A stretch of 52,170 bases of DNA from Alphaproteobacteria bacterium (lineage in GTDB: Bacteria; Desulfobacterota; Binatia; UBA12015), in NCBI GenBank assembly GCA_017853315.1, contig JAFMJW010000005.1, positions 1 to 52,170 of the forward strand. Direction: 5' to 3'. Positions 30,819-41,000 of this stretch are shown here, one piece after another. The position numbers and the translations under genes were made by a program. The notes beneath the pieces were generated by a model. It did no database searches. It was not told where the DNA came from and saw only the letters and a program-made list of their open reading frames with translations. The first letter of the stretch is position 1. Every line of letters begins with the position of its first letter.

Positions 30819-32942
30819 ATGCAGAGCCGCTGGTCCGACGACGAGGCCCGTTCGTTCGTCGAGCGCTGGGCCGACGCGGGCGAACCGCTCGCGCTGCGCG
30901 TCTACACCTCGCGCCTGGTCGGGGCGGAGCCCGACCTGGTCATGCACGGCGGCGGCAACACCTCCGTGAAGATCGTCCGGCCGGACGTGCTCGGCGAGCC
31001 GGTCGAGGCGATCTGCGTGAAGGGCAGCGGATGGGATCTCGACTCGATCGAGCCGCGGGGCCTTCCCGCGATGCGGCTCGACGGGCTCCGTCGCCTGCGC
31101 GCGCTCGGCTCGCTCTCCGACGAGGAGATGGTGAACCAGCAGCGGACCCACCTCTTCGACTCGACCTCGCCGAATCCCTCCGTGGAGACCCTGCTGCACG
31201 CCTTCCTGCCCCACCGGTTCATCGATCACACCCACGCCGACGCGATCCTCGCGCTCACGAACCAGCCCGACGGCGAGCGGCTCGTGCGCGAGGTGCTGGG
31301 CGACGACGTGGTGATCGTGCCCTACGTGATGCCGGGGTTCGCGCTCGCGAAGCTCGCGGCCGAGGCCTTCGAGCGCCGGCCCGACGCCCGCGGCATGGTG
31401 CTGATGAAGCACGGGCTCTTCTCCTTCGGTGACGATGCGCGCACGAGCTACGAGCGCACGATCGCCATGGTGGACGCAGCCGAGCGCTTTCTTGCCGCGA
31501 AGACGGCGGGACGTCTGCCGAAGCCGCTCGCGGCGAGCGAGGCGGAGTCCGGACTCGCCGCGGCGCGCCGCGACGCCGCGCGAATCGCGCCCGTACTCCG
31601 TGGGCTCCTGGCCCGCCCGAGCGGCGATCCCGACCGCCCCTGGCGGCGGGTCATCCTCGAGCACCGCGCGACGCCCGAGGCGCTCGCGCTGCTCGGGGCG
31701 CCGGAGTGCGAAGCGCTGTCGCGGCGCGGGCCGCTCACGCCCGACCACGTGATCCGGACCAAGGCCGAGCCGCTGTTCGTGCGACTCGACGCGAAGGCGC
31801 CCGAGGCGGTGCTGCGCGAGACGCTGTCGGCGGCGATCGAGGACTTCCGCCGGCGCTACGACGCCTACTTCGAGAAGCAGGTCGCGGCGAAGGGGGTCTC
31901 GCGCACGAAGCTCGACCCCGACCCGCGGGTGATCCTCGTCCCCGGCATCGGGATCTTCGCCGCCGGGAAGAGCCGCAAGGACGCGGCGATCGCAGCCGAC
32001 CTCTCCGAGCACACGCTGCGGGTGAAGGCCCAGGCCGACGCGCTGGGCCGCTACGAGCCGCTCGCCGACGGCGACCTGTTCGACATGGAGTACTGGAGCC
32101 TCGAGCAGGCGAAGCTCGGCAAGGAGGCGGAGAAGCCGCTCGCGCGCCAGGTGGCGCTCGTCACCGGGGCGGCCGGGGCGATCGGCGTCGGCATCTGCCT
32201 CGAGCTCGCCCGGGCGGGTGCGCACGTCGTCCTGGCCGACGTCGACGAGAAGGGGCTCGAGGCGGCACGCGCGAAGGTCGCGGCGGCAGGCGGCGGAGCG
32301 GCGGTGGCCGCCGTCCGGATGGACGTGACCGACGAGCGTTCGGTCGCGGCGGCCTTCGCCGAGGCGTGCCGCACCTTCGGCGGGGTGGACGTGGTCGTGC
32401 CGAACGCCGGCATCGCCTACGTCGCCTCGCTGGCGGAGAGCGAGGCCGACCGCTTCCGGCGGGTGATCGACGTGAACCTCTCCGGCTACTTCCTGACGAT
32501 GCGCGGCGCGATCCCGGTCCTGCGCGCGCAGGGGACGGCCGGCAACGTGGTCGTGAACGCGTCGAAGAACGTGTTCGGCCCCGGGGCCGACTTCGGCGCC
32601 TACAGCGCCTCCAAGGCGGGCGGGCACCAGCTCGGCAAGGTCGCCGCGATCGAGCTCGCGCCGCTCGGCATCCGGGTGAACATGATCAACGCCGACGCGG
32701 TGTTCGCCGAGGGCGACACCCCCTCAGGTCTCTGGAGGGAGATCGGCGACGACCGGGCGCGGTCCAAGGGCATCGAGCCGGGCAGGCTCGAAGACCACTA
32801 CCGCGAGCGGAACCTGCTGCGGGCCCGGATCACCGGCGCCCACGTGGGCCGGGCGGTGGTCTTCTTCGCGTCGAACGAGACGCCGACGACGGGCGCCACG
32901 CTGCCGGTCGACGGCGGGGTCGCGGCGGCCTTCCCGCGCTGA
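30819..32942 (+). CDS. Bifunctional class II aldolase / short-chain dehydrogenase (RhaEW-like)
   Basis: HGGGNTSVK, VKGSGWDL, PSVETLLH, HTHAD, TPDHVIRTK, EYWSLEQAKL; SDR VTGAAGAIG, NAG, YSASK. Confidence 0.9.
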   Translation: MQSRWSDDEARSFVERWADAGEPLALRVYTSRLVGAEPDLVMHGGGNTSVKIVRPDVLGEPVEAICVKGSGWDLDSIEPRGLPAMRLDGLRRLRALGSLSDEEMVNQQRTHLFDSTSPNPSVETLLHAFLPHRFIDHTHADAILALTNQPDGERLVREVLGDDVVIVPYVMPGFALAKLAAEAFERRPDARGMVLMKHGLFSFGDDARTSYERTIAMVDAAERFLAAKTAGRLPKPLAASEAESGLAAARRDAARIAPVLRGLLARPSGDPDRPWRRVILEHRATPEALALLGAPECEALSRRGPLTPDHVIRTKAEPLFVRLDAKAPEAVLRETLSAAIEDFRRRYDAYFEKQVAAKGVSRTKLDPDPRVILVPGIGIFAAGKSRKDAAIAADLSEHTLRVKAQADALGRYEPLADGDLFDMEYWSLEQAKLGKEAEKPLARQVALVTGAAGAIGVGICLELARAGAHVVLADVDEKGLEAARAKVAAAGGGAAVAAVRMDVTDERSVAAAFAEACRTFGGVDVVVPNAGIAYVASLAESEADRFRRVIDVNLSGYFLTMRGAIPVLRAQGTAGNVVVNASKNVFGPGADFGAYSASKAGGHQLGKVAAIELAPLGIRVNMINADAVFAEGDTPSGLWREIGDDRARSKGIEPGRLEDHYRERNLLRARITGAHVGRAVVFFASNETPTTGATLPVDGGVAAAFPR

Positions 32943-33082
32943 GGCCTCGGTTCCGCGAAAGGCCCTGATTTCCGGGCCCTTGGGCGGAGCGGGGGCGAGA
33001 AATCCGCCTTGAGCGGGCGCCGCGCTTCGTATTGAATCGCCCACGGGAGACGGCCCTTTCGCGGGTCGTCGCCCGGAGTCCG

Positions 33083-35143
33083 GTGACCATCGTGGTGACA
33101 CGCCCGTCGCTTCCGCGGAGGCTCACGCTTCTCGTGACGGCCCTCGTCCTGGGCCTCCCGGGGGTGGTGCGAGCCCAGGCCGGGCACCCGCTCTACGCGT
33201 GTGCGAACCGCCTGGCCGGCGACCTCCGGGACTTCTCCGGCGGCCTCGTCGACGCGGTGGCGACCTGCGCGACCACGCGGCTGCGCACGGCCGGCGTCGG
33301 GAACTGCGCGAACGACGCGGCCGTGCTGGCCAAGATCGACGGCTTCGCCGCGACCTTCGCCGACGACCTGACCCGCTGTTCCGCGGCTGAGGTCCGGGCC
33401 CTGTGCTCCTTCGAGGCGAGGGATCTCGCGCACCTCGTGCCCGCGGTGACCGGGGCCGAGGTCGCGCAGAGCGTGCGGCGGCGGCTGCTCTCGCTGGTCC
33501 TCGACTTCTTCGAGACCCCCCAGCCGGGATGTGCCCGCCCCGCTGTCAAGGTCTCGACCGGCGCGGCGGAGTGCGCCGACAAGATCCGCACGGTGCTGGT
33601 CGACCAGTCCGACGCGCTCGCGGGCGAGTACTTCTCCTGCGAGCTGAAGAACCTCGGCAGCAGCATCGCGTGCGTCGACCCCGACGCCGGCGACCCGAAC
33701 TCGAGCGACCTCGAGAGCGGCATCGCGGGCGTGCTCTCCGACGTGTCGGCGATCTCGAACCGCTGCGACGACGCGAAGGTCGTGGCGATCGGTTGCCCGC
33801 TCGGCGAGAACACGATCGCCGGGCTCGTGGCCGCGTTCCAGGCGCGGCTGGGCGAGTTCGTCGCGAAGCTCAACCTCGAGACGTTCCACGCCTCCTGCCG
33901 CACCGACCCCGACGGGACCGAGCCGCCGCTCGTGCCGGCGGACGCGACGCTCGAGCCGAGTCTCAAGAAGGTGAAGGTCTCCTGCGGACAGGTGCTCGAC
34001 GCGAAGTTCTTCGGCGGCGACAAGGGCCTGTCCTTCGACACCGACCTCGACTGCAGCCCCGCGAACTCGGCGACAGACGGCATCGTGGTCGCCGCGTCGG
34101 GTGTCCGGATCAACGGTCGGGGCAAGGCCTGGAGCATCACCGGCCCGGGGAGTCGCAGGTACCGGACGGGCGCGGGCATCCGGATCGCCCCGGGCGTCTC
34201 CAACGTGAAGGTGCTGGGATTCCGCAAGATCCAGTACTTCGGCGCCGGTGTCGCGGCCGACGCCCCGGCCAACCGCGGGTTGCGCGTCGCGAACTCGGTC
34301 CTGTTCCGGAACGTCGATGCGGGCGTGCGGTCGGCCGGCCGTCGAACGGCGATCGTCGAGTCGGTCGCGGACCGAAACGGCATCGGCTTCGACCTCTCCG
34401 GCGACGGCACGATCGTCTCCCGGTCGGAGGCGCGCCGCTCCGAGCCGCAGGGCACGGTCGTCGGTGTGCCGACGTCGCCCGGCGTCGGCATCCGCCTCGG
34501 CGGGACGGATCGCAACCTGAGCGGGGCGTCGGTCCGGGTCTACAACACGAGCCTGGTGACCGAGAACGCGATCGGTGTCCAGATGCTCGGCGACAAGGGC
34601 TCCCTCGAGGGGATCTCCGTGCACTCGAACCTGGGCGACGGCGTGCAGGTCGGCGGCACGGGCAACGTGGTCCGCGACGTCTCGGTGAAACTGAACGGCG
34701 GCCATGGCGTGTCGGTGACCGGCGTGGGCAGCGTCCTCGACGGGGTCGGCAGCGACGAGAACGCCTTCTCCGGCTTCGACGTCTCCGGCCCGGGCACGAC
34801 GATCGTGCAGTGCGGTGCGGGCTCGCCCGGCGACAAGGGGAACGGGCTCGACGGCTTCCACGTGAGCGGGGCCGGGGCGATCCTCGACACGAACCGCGCG
34901 GAGGCCAACGTGCTCACGGGCTTCGCGATCCTCGCGCCTACGGCGCTCTTCGTAGGCAACAAGTCGCAGGGAAACCTGATCGGCTACATCTTCCAGGGGG
35001 GCGGGAGCACGCTCGCCTCGAACTCCGCCGAGTTCAACCTCGGCGACGAGTTCCGGATCGCGCCGAACAACGTCGACGGCAAGAGCAACAAGGCGAACGG
35101 GTCGGGCTTCGCCTTCGGCGCAGCCGGACTCACGATCCACTGA
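33083..35143 (+). CDS. Secreted protein with duplicated Cys-rich helical domain and C-terminal right-handed beta-helix
   Basis: Signal peptide (RRLTLLVTALVLGLPGVVRA); 14 Cys in the N-terminal half; C-terminal repeats N-x-G-x-G-(F/I/V)-x-V of NosD/pectin-lyase type. Start uncertain (33083-33095). Confidence 0.8.
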   Translation: MTIVVTRPSLPRRLTLLVTALVLGLPGVVRAQAGHPLYACANRLAGDLRDFSGGLVDAVATCATTRLRTAGVGNCANDAAVLAKIDGFAATFADDLTRCSAAEVRALCSFEARDLAHLVPAVTGAEVAQSVRRRLLSLVLDFFETPQPGCARPAVKVSTGAAECADKIRTVLVDQSDALAGEYFSCELKNLGSSIACVDPDAGDPNSSDLESGIAGVLSDVSAISNRCDDAKVVAIGCPLGENTIAGLVAAFQARLGEFVAKLNLETFHASCRTDPDGTEPPLVPADATLEPSLKKVKVSCGQVLDAKFFGGDKGLSFDTDLDCSPANSATDGIVVAASGVRINGRGKAWSITGPGSRRYRTGAGIRIAPGVSNVKVLGFRKIQYFGAGVAADAPANRGLRVANSVLFRNVDAGVRSAGRRTAIVESVADRNGIGFDLSGDGTIVSRSEARRSEPQGTVVGVPTSPGVGIRLGGTDRNLSGASVRVYNTSLVTENAIGVQMLGDKGSLEGISVHSNLGDGVQVGGTGNVVRDVSVKLNGGHGVSVTGVGSVLDGVGSDENAFSGFDVSGPGTTIVQCGAGSPGDKGNGLDGFHVSGAGAILDTNRAEANVLTGFAILAPTALFVGNKSQGNLIGYIFQGGGSTLASNSAEFNLGDEFRIAPNNVDGKSNKANGSGFAFGAAGLTIH

Positions 35144-35188
35144 ACCCGCTCTCCGGCGAGAGGGGGAAGGGGGTGGCGGGGTCGACCC

Positions 35189-35377
35189 TCAGCGCGCGAC
35201 GGGCGGTGCGGCGTCGACCTTGCGGACCGCCGACTCCCGGATCACGCGGCGGACGCCTGCCCCGGACTCGATCACGACGTTCGGAGGACGGATCTCGACG
35301 ATCGTGAAAGGGCCGGGCTCGGTCATGCCGACGACCAGGTCGCCCACCATGAGTCCGTCGTCGTCGCCGATCGCCAT
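35189..35377 (-). CDS. Small hypothetical protein (62 aa, SH3/KOW-like beta pattern)
   Basis: GAGGGGG SD before ATG 35377; MAIGDDDGLMVGDLVVGMTEPGPFTIVEIRPPNVVIESGAGVRRVIRESAVRKVD. Confidence 0.7.
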   Translation of the reverse strand: MAIGDDDGLMVGDLVVGMTEPGPFTIVEIRPPNVVIESGAGVRRVIRESAVRKVDAAPPVAR

Positions 35378-35452
35378 GCATCCCCCTCGCGGCGGGCGGA
35401 GTGGACCGCCCGCGCTGTCGTTCAGGTAAGCGAGCCACGAGGGGTCGGCAAG

Positions 35453-35541
35453 CGGAGGGGGTGGGATTCGAACCCACGAGAGCCCGCGAAGGCCCTGCCG
35501 GTTTTCAAGACCGGTGCCATCAACCACTCGGCCACCCCTCC
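35453..35541 (-). tRNA. tRNA-Ser(TGA)
   Basis: GGAGGGGTGGCCGAGTGG...CCGGTCTTGAAAACCGG, long variable arm, GTGGGTTCGAATCCCAC CCCCTCCG; no encoded CCA. Confidence 0.96.
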
Positions 35542-35659
35542 AGCCGACGGACCCGCCGCGGAGCGGGCGCCCTTCGGATACCAGCCTCGGGTCGACGAAG
35601 CACGAAGCGGTCGCGGGTGGCGCGGACCGGAGGCGGCCGCGGGCTCGGGAGGTGGGGAG

Positions 35660-35748
35660 CGGAGAGAGAGGGATTCGAACCCTCGATACGGTGTTACCCG
35701 TATACACGCTTAGCAGGCGTGCGCCTTCGACCACTCGGCCATCTCTCC
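35660..35748 (-). tRNA. tRNA-Ser(GCT)
   Basis: GGAGAGATGGCCGAGTGG...CACGCCTGCTAAGCGTG, long variable arm, GAGGGTTCGAATCCCTC TCTCTCCG; no encoded CCA. Confidence 0.96.
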
Positions 35749-35878
35749 AGATGGGTGAGGAGGTACTCCGCGGCCCGCCGTGCTTCAAGCGGCCCGGCGC
35801 CGCCGGGCGCGCGCGACCGACGCTCCGCCGGGCTGGACACGCCCGGGTGCGACGGGTACGAGCGGGGAGCCATCCGAT

Positions 35879-35952
<74 letters not shown>

Positions 35953-35959
35953 CTCGAGG

Positions 35960-35987
35960 AACCCCCCGGGAAACCGGGGGGTTTTTT
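35960..35987 (+). terminator. Intrinsic terminator after tRNA-Arg
   Basis: AACCCCCCGG-GAAA-CCGGGGGGTT followed by TTTT. Confidence 0.85.
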
Positions 35988-36050
35988 CGTCCGGGGGGAA
36001 GACCCGTCGGAGGCTTGCGCGACTCGACGGCGTCGGCGAAGGTCCGCGCC

Positions 36051-36377
36051 ATGCCCGCACCCGAGCGCTTCGAGAACGTCACCGCCGTCGCCAAGGCCAA
36101 CGTCTACTTCGACGGCCGCGTCGTGAGCCACACGATCCACCTCCCCGGCGGCGAGAGGAAGACCCTGGGGCTCATCTACCCCGGCAGGTTCCATTTCGGG
36201 ACCGAGGCCGCCGAGCGCATGGAGATCGTCGCCGGCGCCTGCCGGGTGAAGGTCGACGGGTCCGGCCGGGTCGACGAGTACGGGGCGGGACAGACCTTCG
36301 AGGTGCCCGCGAATTCCGGCTTCGACATCGAGGTCGCCTCGGGCCTCTGCGAGTACGTCTGCTCGTTCCTGCCCTGA
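36051..36377 (+). CDS. ppnP: Pyrimidine/purine nucleoside phosphorylase PpnP (DUF1255)
   Basis: [47 protein letters not shown]. Confidence 0.92.
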   Translation: MPAPERFENVTAVAKANVYFDGRVVSHTIHLPGGERKTLGLIYPGRFHFGTEAAERMEIVAGACRVKVDGSGRVDEYGAGQTFEVPANSGFDIEVASGLCEYVCSFLP

Positions 36378-36447
36378 CCGGGGCCTGCTTCCCCGGGGGC
36401 CGGGCGGCCCGTGCGAGCGGTCGCGCGGATCGCTAGGAGAGCCGGCC

Positions 36448-37593
36448 ATGATCGACTTCGAGCTCACCGACGAACAGCGCGCCCTGATCGACACCGCCCG
36501 CAAGTTCACCCGCGACCGCATCATCCCGGTCGCCGCGGAGTGCGATCGCGACGAGAAGTTCCCCGACGACGTCTTCAAGGCGGCCTGGGAGAACGGGCTC
36601 GCGAACCCGACGCTTCCCGCCGAGTACGGCGGGCTCGGGCTCGGCGACGTGGACGGCACCCTCATCAACGAGGAACTCGCCTACGGCTGCACCGGGATCG
36701 CGACCAGCATCATGGCGAACACGCTCGGCATGACGCCGATCAAGCTCGCCGGCAACGACGCCCAGAAGAAGAAGTACCTGGGCTGGCTCGCTTCCGAGCC
36801 CGTCATGGTGAGCTACGCGACGAGCGAGCCCGCCGCCGGCAGCGACGTCGCCGGCCTGCAGTGCCGCGCGAAGCGCATGCCCGACGGCTCGTGGGTGCTG
36901 AACGGCACCAAGGCCTGGATCACGAACGGAGGCCTCGCGAGCTTCTACGTCATCTTCGCGACCGAGAATCCCGACGCCCGGCACAAGGGCATCGGTGCCT
37001 TCATCCTGCGCCGCGACAATCCGGGGCTGAAGACCGGCAAGCGCGAGGACAAGCTCGGCCAGCGCGCGAGCGACACGCGCCAGGTCATGCTCGAGGACGC
37101 CGTCGTGCCGGCCGAGGACGTGCTCGCCGAGCCCGGGGTCGGCTTCAAACTCGCGATGGAGACCTTCAACCAGACCCGCCCCGACATCGGCGCGCTCGCG
37201 ACCGGCCTCATGCGCCGCTGCCTCGACGAGTCGGTGGCCTACGCGAAGGAGCGCATGGCGTTCGGCCGCCCGATCGCCGAGCAGCAGCTCGTCCAGCAGA
37301 TGCTCGCCGAGATGGCGATCCGCATCGAGGCGACCGGGCTACTCGTCCGCAAGGCGGCGTGGAACCTCGAGAAGGGCATCCGCAACCCGATCGTGTCGGC
37401 CTACGCGAAGGCCTACGGCGCCGACGCCGCGATGCAGAGCGCACTCGACGCCGTGCAGATCTTCGGCGGCAACGGCTACGTGAAGGAGTACCCGGTCGAG
37501 AAGTTGATGCGGGATGCGAAGCTCCTGCAGATCTACGAGGGCACGGCCCAGATCCAGCGAGTCGTGATCGCCCGCCACCTGGTCGGGGGCTGA
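36448..37593 (+). CDS. Acyl-CoA dehydrogenase (MCAD-like)
   Basis: AGGAG SD; SEPAAGSDV, LNGTKAWITNG, KLGQRASDT, FGRPI, QIFGGNGY, RDAKLLQIYEGT. Confidence 0.95.
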   Translation: MIDFELTDEQRALIDTARKFTRDRIIPVAAECDRDEKFPDDVFKAAWENGLANPTLPAEYGGLGLGDVDGTLINEELAYGCTGIATSIMANTLGMTPIKLAGNDAQKKKYLGWLASEPVMVSYATSEPAAGSDVAGLQCRAKRMPDGSWVLNGTKAWITNGGLASFYVIFATENPDARHKGIGAFILRRDNPGLKTGKREDKLGQRASDTRQVMLEDAVVPAEDVLAEPGVGFKLAMETFNQTRPDIGALATGLMRRCLDESVAYAKERMAFGRPIAEQQLVQQMLAEMAIRIEATGLLVRKAAWNLEKGIRNPIVSAYAKAYGADAAMQSALDAVQIFGGNGYVKEYPVEKLMRDAKLLQIYEGTAQIQRVVIARHLVGG

Positions 37594-37735
37594 GGCCGGC
37601 TTCGTTCCCCGGGGGGCCTCGCCGGGGCCCCGGACCTGCCCCTCGGGAGGGGCAGGGGGCTCGCCAACGGGGGGTCTGCCGGCATAGAAGGCTCGTCAGG
37701 CCAGCGACCCGGCGTGCGCGGGCCGATCTCCCCCG

Positions 37736-38092
37736 ATGCCGACTCCTCCCGTCGAAGACGCTCCCGTCGCCTGGCTCGACCCGTGCCGGGACGGGGTGCG
37801 CCTTCGCGTCCGGGCGGTTCCCGGGGCTCGGCGCGACGCAGTCCTCGGGCCTCGTGGGGAGGCCCTGCGGGTGGCGGTGTCCGCGCCCGCCGACCGCGGC
37901 CGTGCGAACGAGGCACTGCTCGAGATGCTCGCCGACGGGCTCGCCGTCGGTCGCAGGGACGTGGAACTCTTGTCCGGACGATCGGGACGCGACAAGGTGC
38001 TGGTGGTGAAGGGCCTCGACGAAGACTCGGTCCGCTCGCGGATCGCGGCGATGGTGGAATCGTCGGCGGGCCGCCGGGGGGCGTCCCGGTGA
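37736..38092 (+). CDS. DUF167 (YggU) family protein
   Basis: LRVRAVPGARRDAV, LRVAVSAPADRGRANEAL, VELLSGRSGRDK. Confidence 0.88.
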   Translation: MPTPPVEDAPVAWLDPCRDGVRLRVRAVPGARRDAVLGPRGEALRVAVSAPADRGRANEALLEMLADGLAVGRRDVELLSGRSGRDKVLVVKGLDEDSVRSRIAAMVESSAGRRGASR

Positions 38093-41000
38093 TCGCGACG
38101 CGGGAACGCGCCTGCTCGGCCTGCGGCGGCACGACGGAAGCGGCGGCCCAGTTCTGCCGGCACTGCGGCGTCGCGATCGAGCGCGTGCACCCCACCGGGC
38201 GGAACCGTCCGATCGCCCCCGAGGCCGACCTCGAGGGCCGGGGCGACTCGGCGCAGACGACGCCGGTCGACGCGGCGGGAAACGATCCGCCGCAAGGCGA
38301 GCTCAAGCAGGTCACGGTCATGTTCGCCGACGTCCAGGGCTCGGTCGCGCTCTCCGAGCAGGTCGATCCCGAGGACTGGCACGGCATCATCTCGCGATTC
38401 TTCTCGCTGCTCGCGGGTGCCGCGCGACGCTACGGGGGAGTCGTCAGCCGTTTCACCGGCGACGGCATCATGGCTCTCTTCGGCGCCCCGGTCGCGCAGG
38501 AGGACCATGCGCAGCGCGCCTGTCACGCCGCGATTCACGCGCGCGAGGTGCTCTCCGAGTATGCAGGCGAGCTGCGGCGGGCGCGCGGCCTCTCGTTCTC
38601 GGTGCGCATCGGGCTGCACTCCGGGCCGGTCGTCGCGACCTGGCTCGGCGACGGCGGTTCGAGCGGTTTCACGGCGCTCGGGCACACCGTGAGCCTCGCC
38701 GAACGCATGGAGCGACTCGCCGAGCCGGGCCGGATCTACGTCACCGAGGACACGGCCGGGCTGGTCGGCGGGTTCTTCGACCTGGTGGACCTCGGTCGCT
38801 TCGACATGCAGGGCGAGAGCCGCCCGATCCGCGTCTTCGAGGTCGCCGGGCGCGGCCAGCAGCGCAGCCGACTCGACTTCGCACGCGTTCGGGGGTTCTC
38901 GCGCTTCGTCGGGAGGGAGGCCGAGGTCGGCCGGCTCGAGGGTGCGCTCGAGAAGGTCCTGCGAGGCGAGGGGCAGACCGTCGAGATCGTCGGCCCCGCG
39001 GGGGTCGGCAAGAGCCGGCTGTGCGCCGAGTTCGTCGCCGAGGCCCGCCGGCGCGGCATCCCGGCCGTCGAGGTCCACGGCTTCGCCCACCTCGCCTCGA
39101 TGCCCTACCTGACCCTCATCGAGGACCTTCGTCACCTCCTCCAGATCGAGCCGCAGGATTCGGACGAGGTCGCGCGAGAGAAGATCTCGGAGCAGATTCT
39201 CGCCGTCGACCCGACGCTCGTCGAGCGCCTGCCGCTCGTCTTCGGCATGCTCGGTGTCGCCGGCCCCGGCGAGGGCGGACCGTCGCTCGATCCCGGATCG
39301 CAGGCCCACGTGCTCGGCGAGTGCGTCGAACGAGCGGCGGTCGCCGGCTCGGCCCGGGGCCCGGTCATCGTGCTCGTCGAGGACGCGCAGTGGCTCGACC
39401 CCGCCTCGTCCGCCTTGCTGGAGTCGCTTCTCTGGACGACGCCCTCGACGCGCATCCTCGTGCTGCTCACCTTCCGCCCGGGCCATCGCGCGCCTCACCC
39501 GCCCACGAGCCGGGTCGAGCGCATCGAACTCGCGCCGCTCGGAGAGCGGGGTTCCTCGGAACTGCTCCACCACCTCCTCGGGGAGCACCCCTCGGTCGCC
39601 CCGCTCTTCGCCCGCATCCTGGAGAGGACGCAGGGCAATCCCTTCTTCACCGAGGAAATCGTGTGGTCGCTCGCCGACGCGGGCGTCCTCGACGGCGAGC
39701 GGGGGCGGTTCCGGCTGACGAGGCCGGTCGCGGGCGTGCCGCTGCCGGCGACCCTGCAGGCGACGCTCGGCTCGCGCATCGACCAGCTGCCGGGCGAGCA
39801 CAAGCGCGTGCTGCAGTTCGCTTCGGTCGTCGGCCTCGAGTTCGACCTGGCTCTCCTGCGTCGCGTCCTCGTCGGCGAACAGCCGCGGCTCGCGACGACG
39901 ATGACGGCCCTCGCGCGCGCCGGCTTCGTCGACCGCTCCGACGTGGACGACCAGGACCGCTTCCGCTTCTCGCATCCGCTCATGCACGAGGAGGTGTACT
40001 TCTCGCAGCTCGGCGAGACGCGCATGCGCTCGCACGCATCGGTCGCGCAGGCGCTCGCGGAGATCGACGCGAGCCAGATCGACGCGCGCGCGGGACTGCT
40101 CGCCCACCACTGGGAGAACGCGGGCGAGGCCCTGCAGGCGGCGCGCTGGATGGCGCGCTCGGCGAAGTGGGTGTCGTCGCGCAAGCTCGCGGAGGCGCTG
40201 CGTTCGTGGCGGAAGGTCGCCGACCTGGTGGACGGACTGCCGCGCCTCGATGCGATGGAACTCGCGGTGGAGGCGCGGATCGCCATGCTCGAGTGCGGCG
40301 CCCGCACCGGCCTCTCCGAGGAGGACTCCGGCGCGATCTTCGCCGAGGGGGAATTGCTGGCCCGGCGCCTGGACGACCGTCACAGGCTCGCGCGGCTCTT
40401 CGGCGCCCGCTGCCAGGTGCTGGCGTTCGCCGGCGACGCGCCGGGCGCGCTCGAACTCGGCCGTCACGCGCTCGAGCTCGTCGAGCACAGCGGCGACCGC
40501 GACGTGATTCGCGACCGCCGCGCGGAGGTGCTCTTCGGGCTTTTCGCGGCCGGGCAGTTCCGGGAGGTCATCGCGCTCGCGGAGGCGACGCTCTCGCCGT
40601 GGCCGGGCGATCCGGCGGTGGGCCGCCTCGGCGACGATCCGCGGGACACCTGGATCCTGTGCTTCCACGCGATGGCCGCGATCGACATGGGCCGCATCGA
40701 GGAGGCCCGCCGCGAACTCGAGATCGTGATCGAGAACTCGCAGAGGATCGGTGCTCTCGAAGTGCTCTGCATCGCCTGGGGCTTCAGTCCGGTCGTCGCG
40801 CAGATCTCCGGGGAGGGGGCGGATCTCGCGCTCGCGCGCGCCCGTCGGGCGGTGCACCTCGCGGAGAGGCTCGAGAGCCCGCTCTCCTCCTACTTCTCGA
40901 GTTGGGGGCTCGGCCTCGCGCACCTGATCTCGGAGGACTGGCCGGAGGCGGAGCGGCTGCTGCGGGCGAGCCTCGAGGGAACCCGGGGGTCCGGCGTGGG

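Noticed and set aside
35504-35519. TGGCACCGGTCTTGAA sigma54-like motif on the minus strand
   Set aside because: It lies within tRNA-Ser(TGA) and the invariant -12 GC reads GA.
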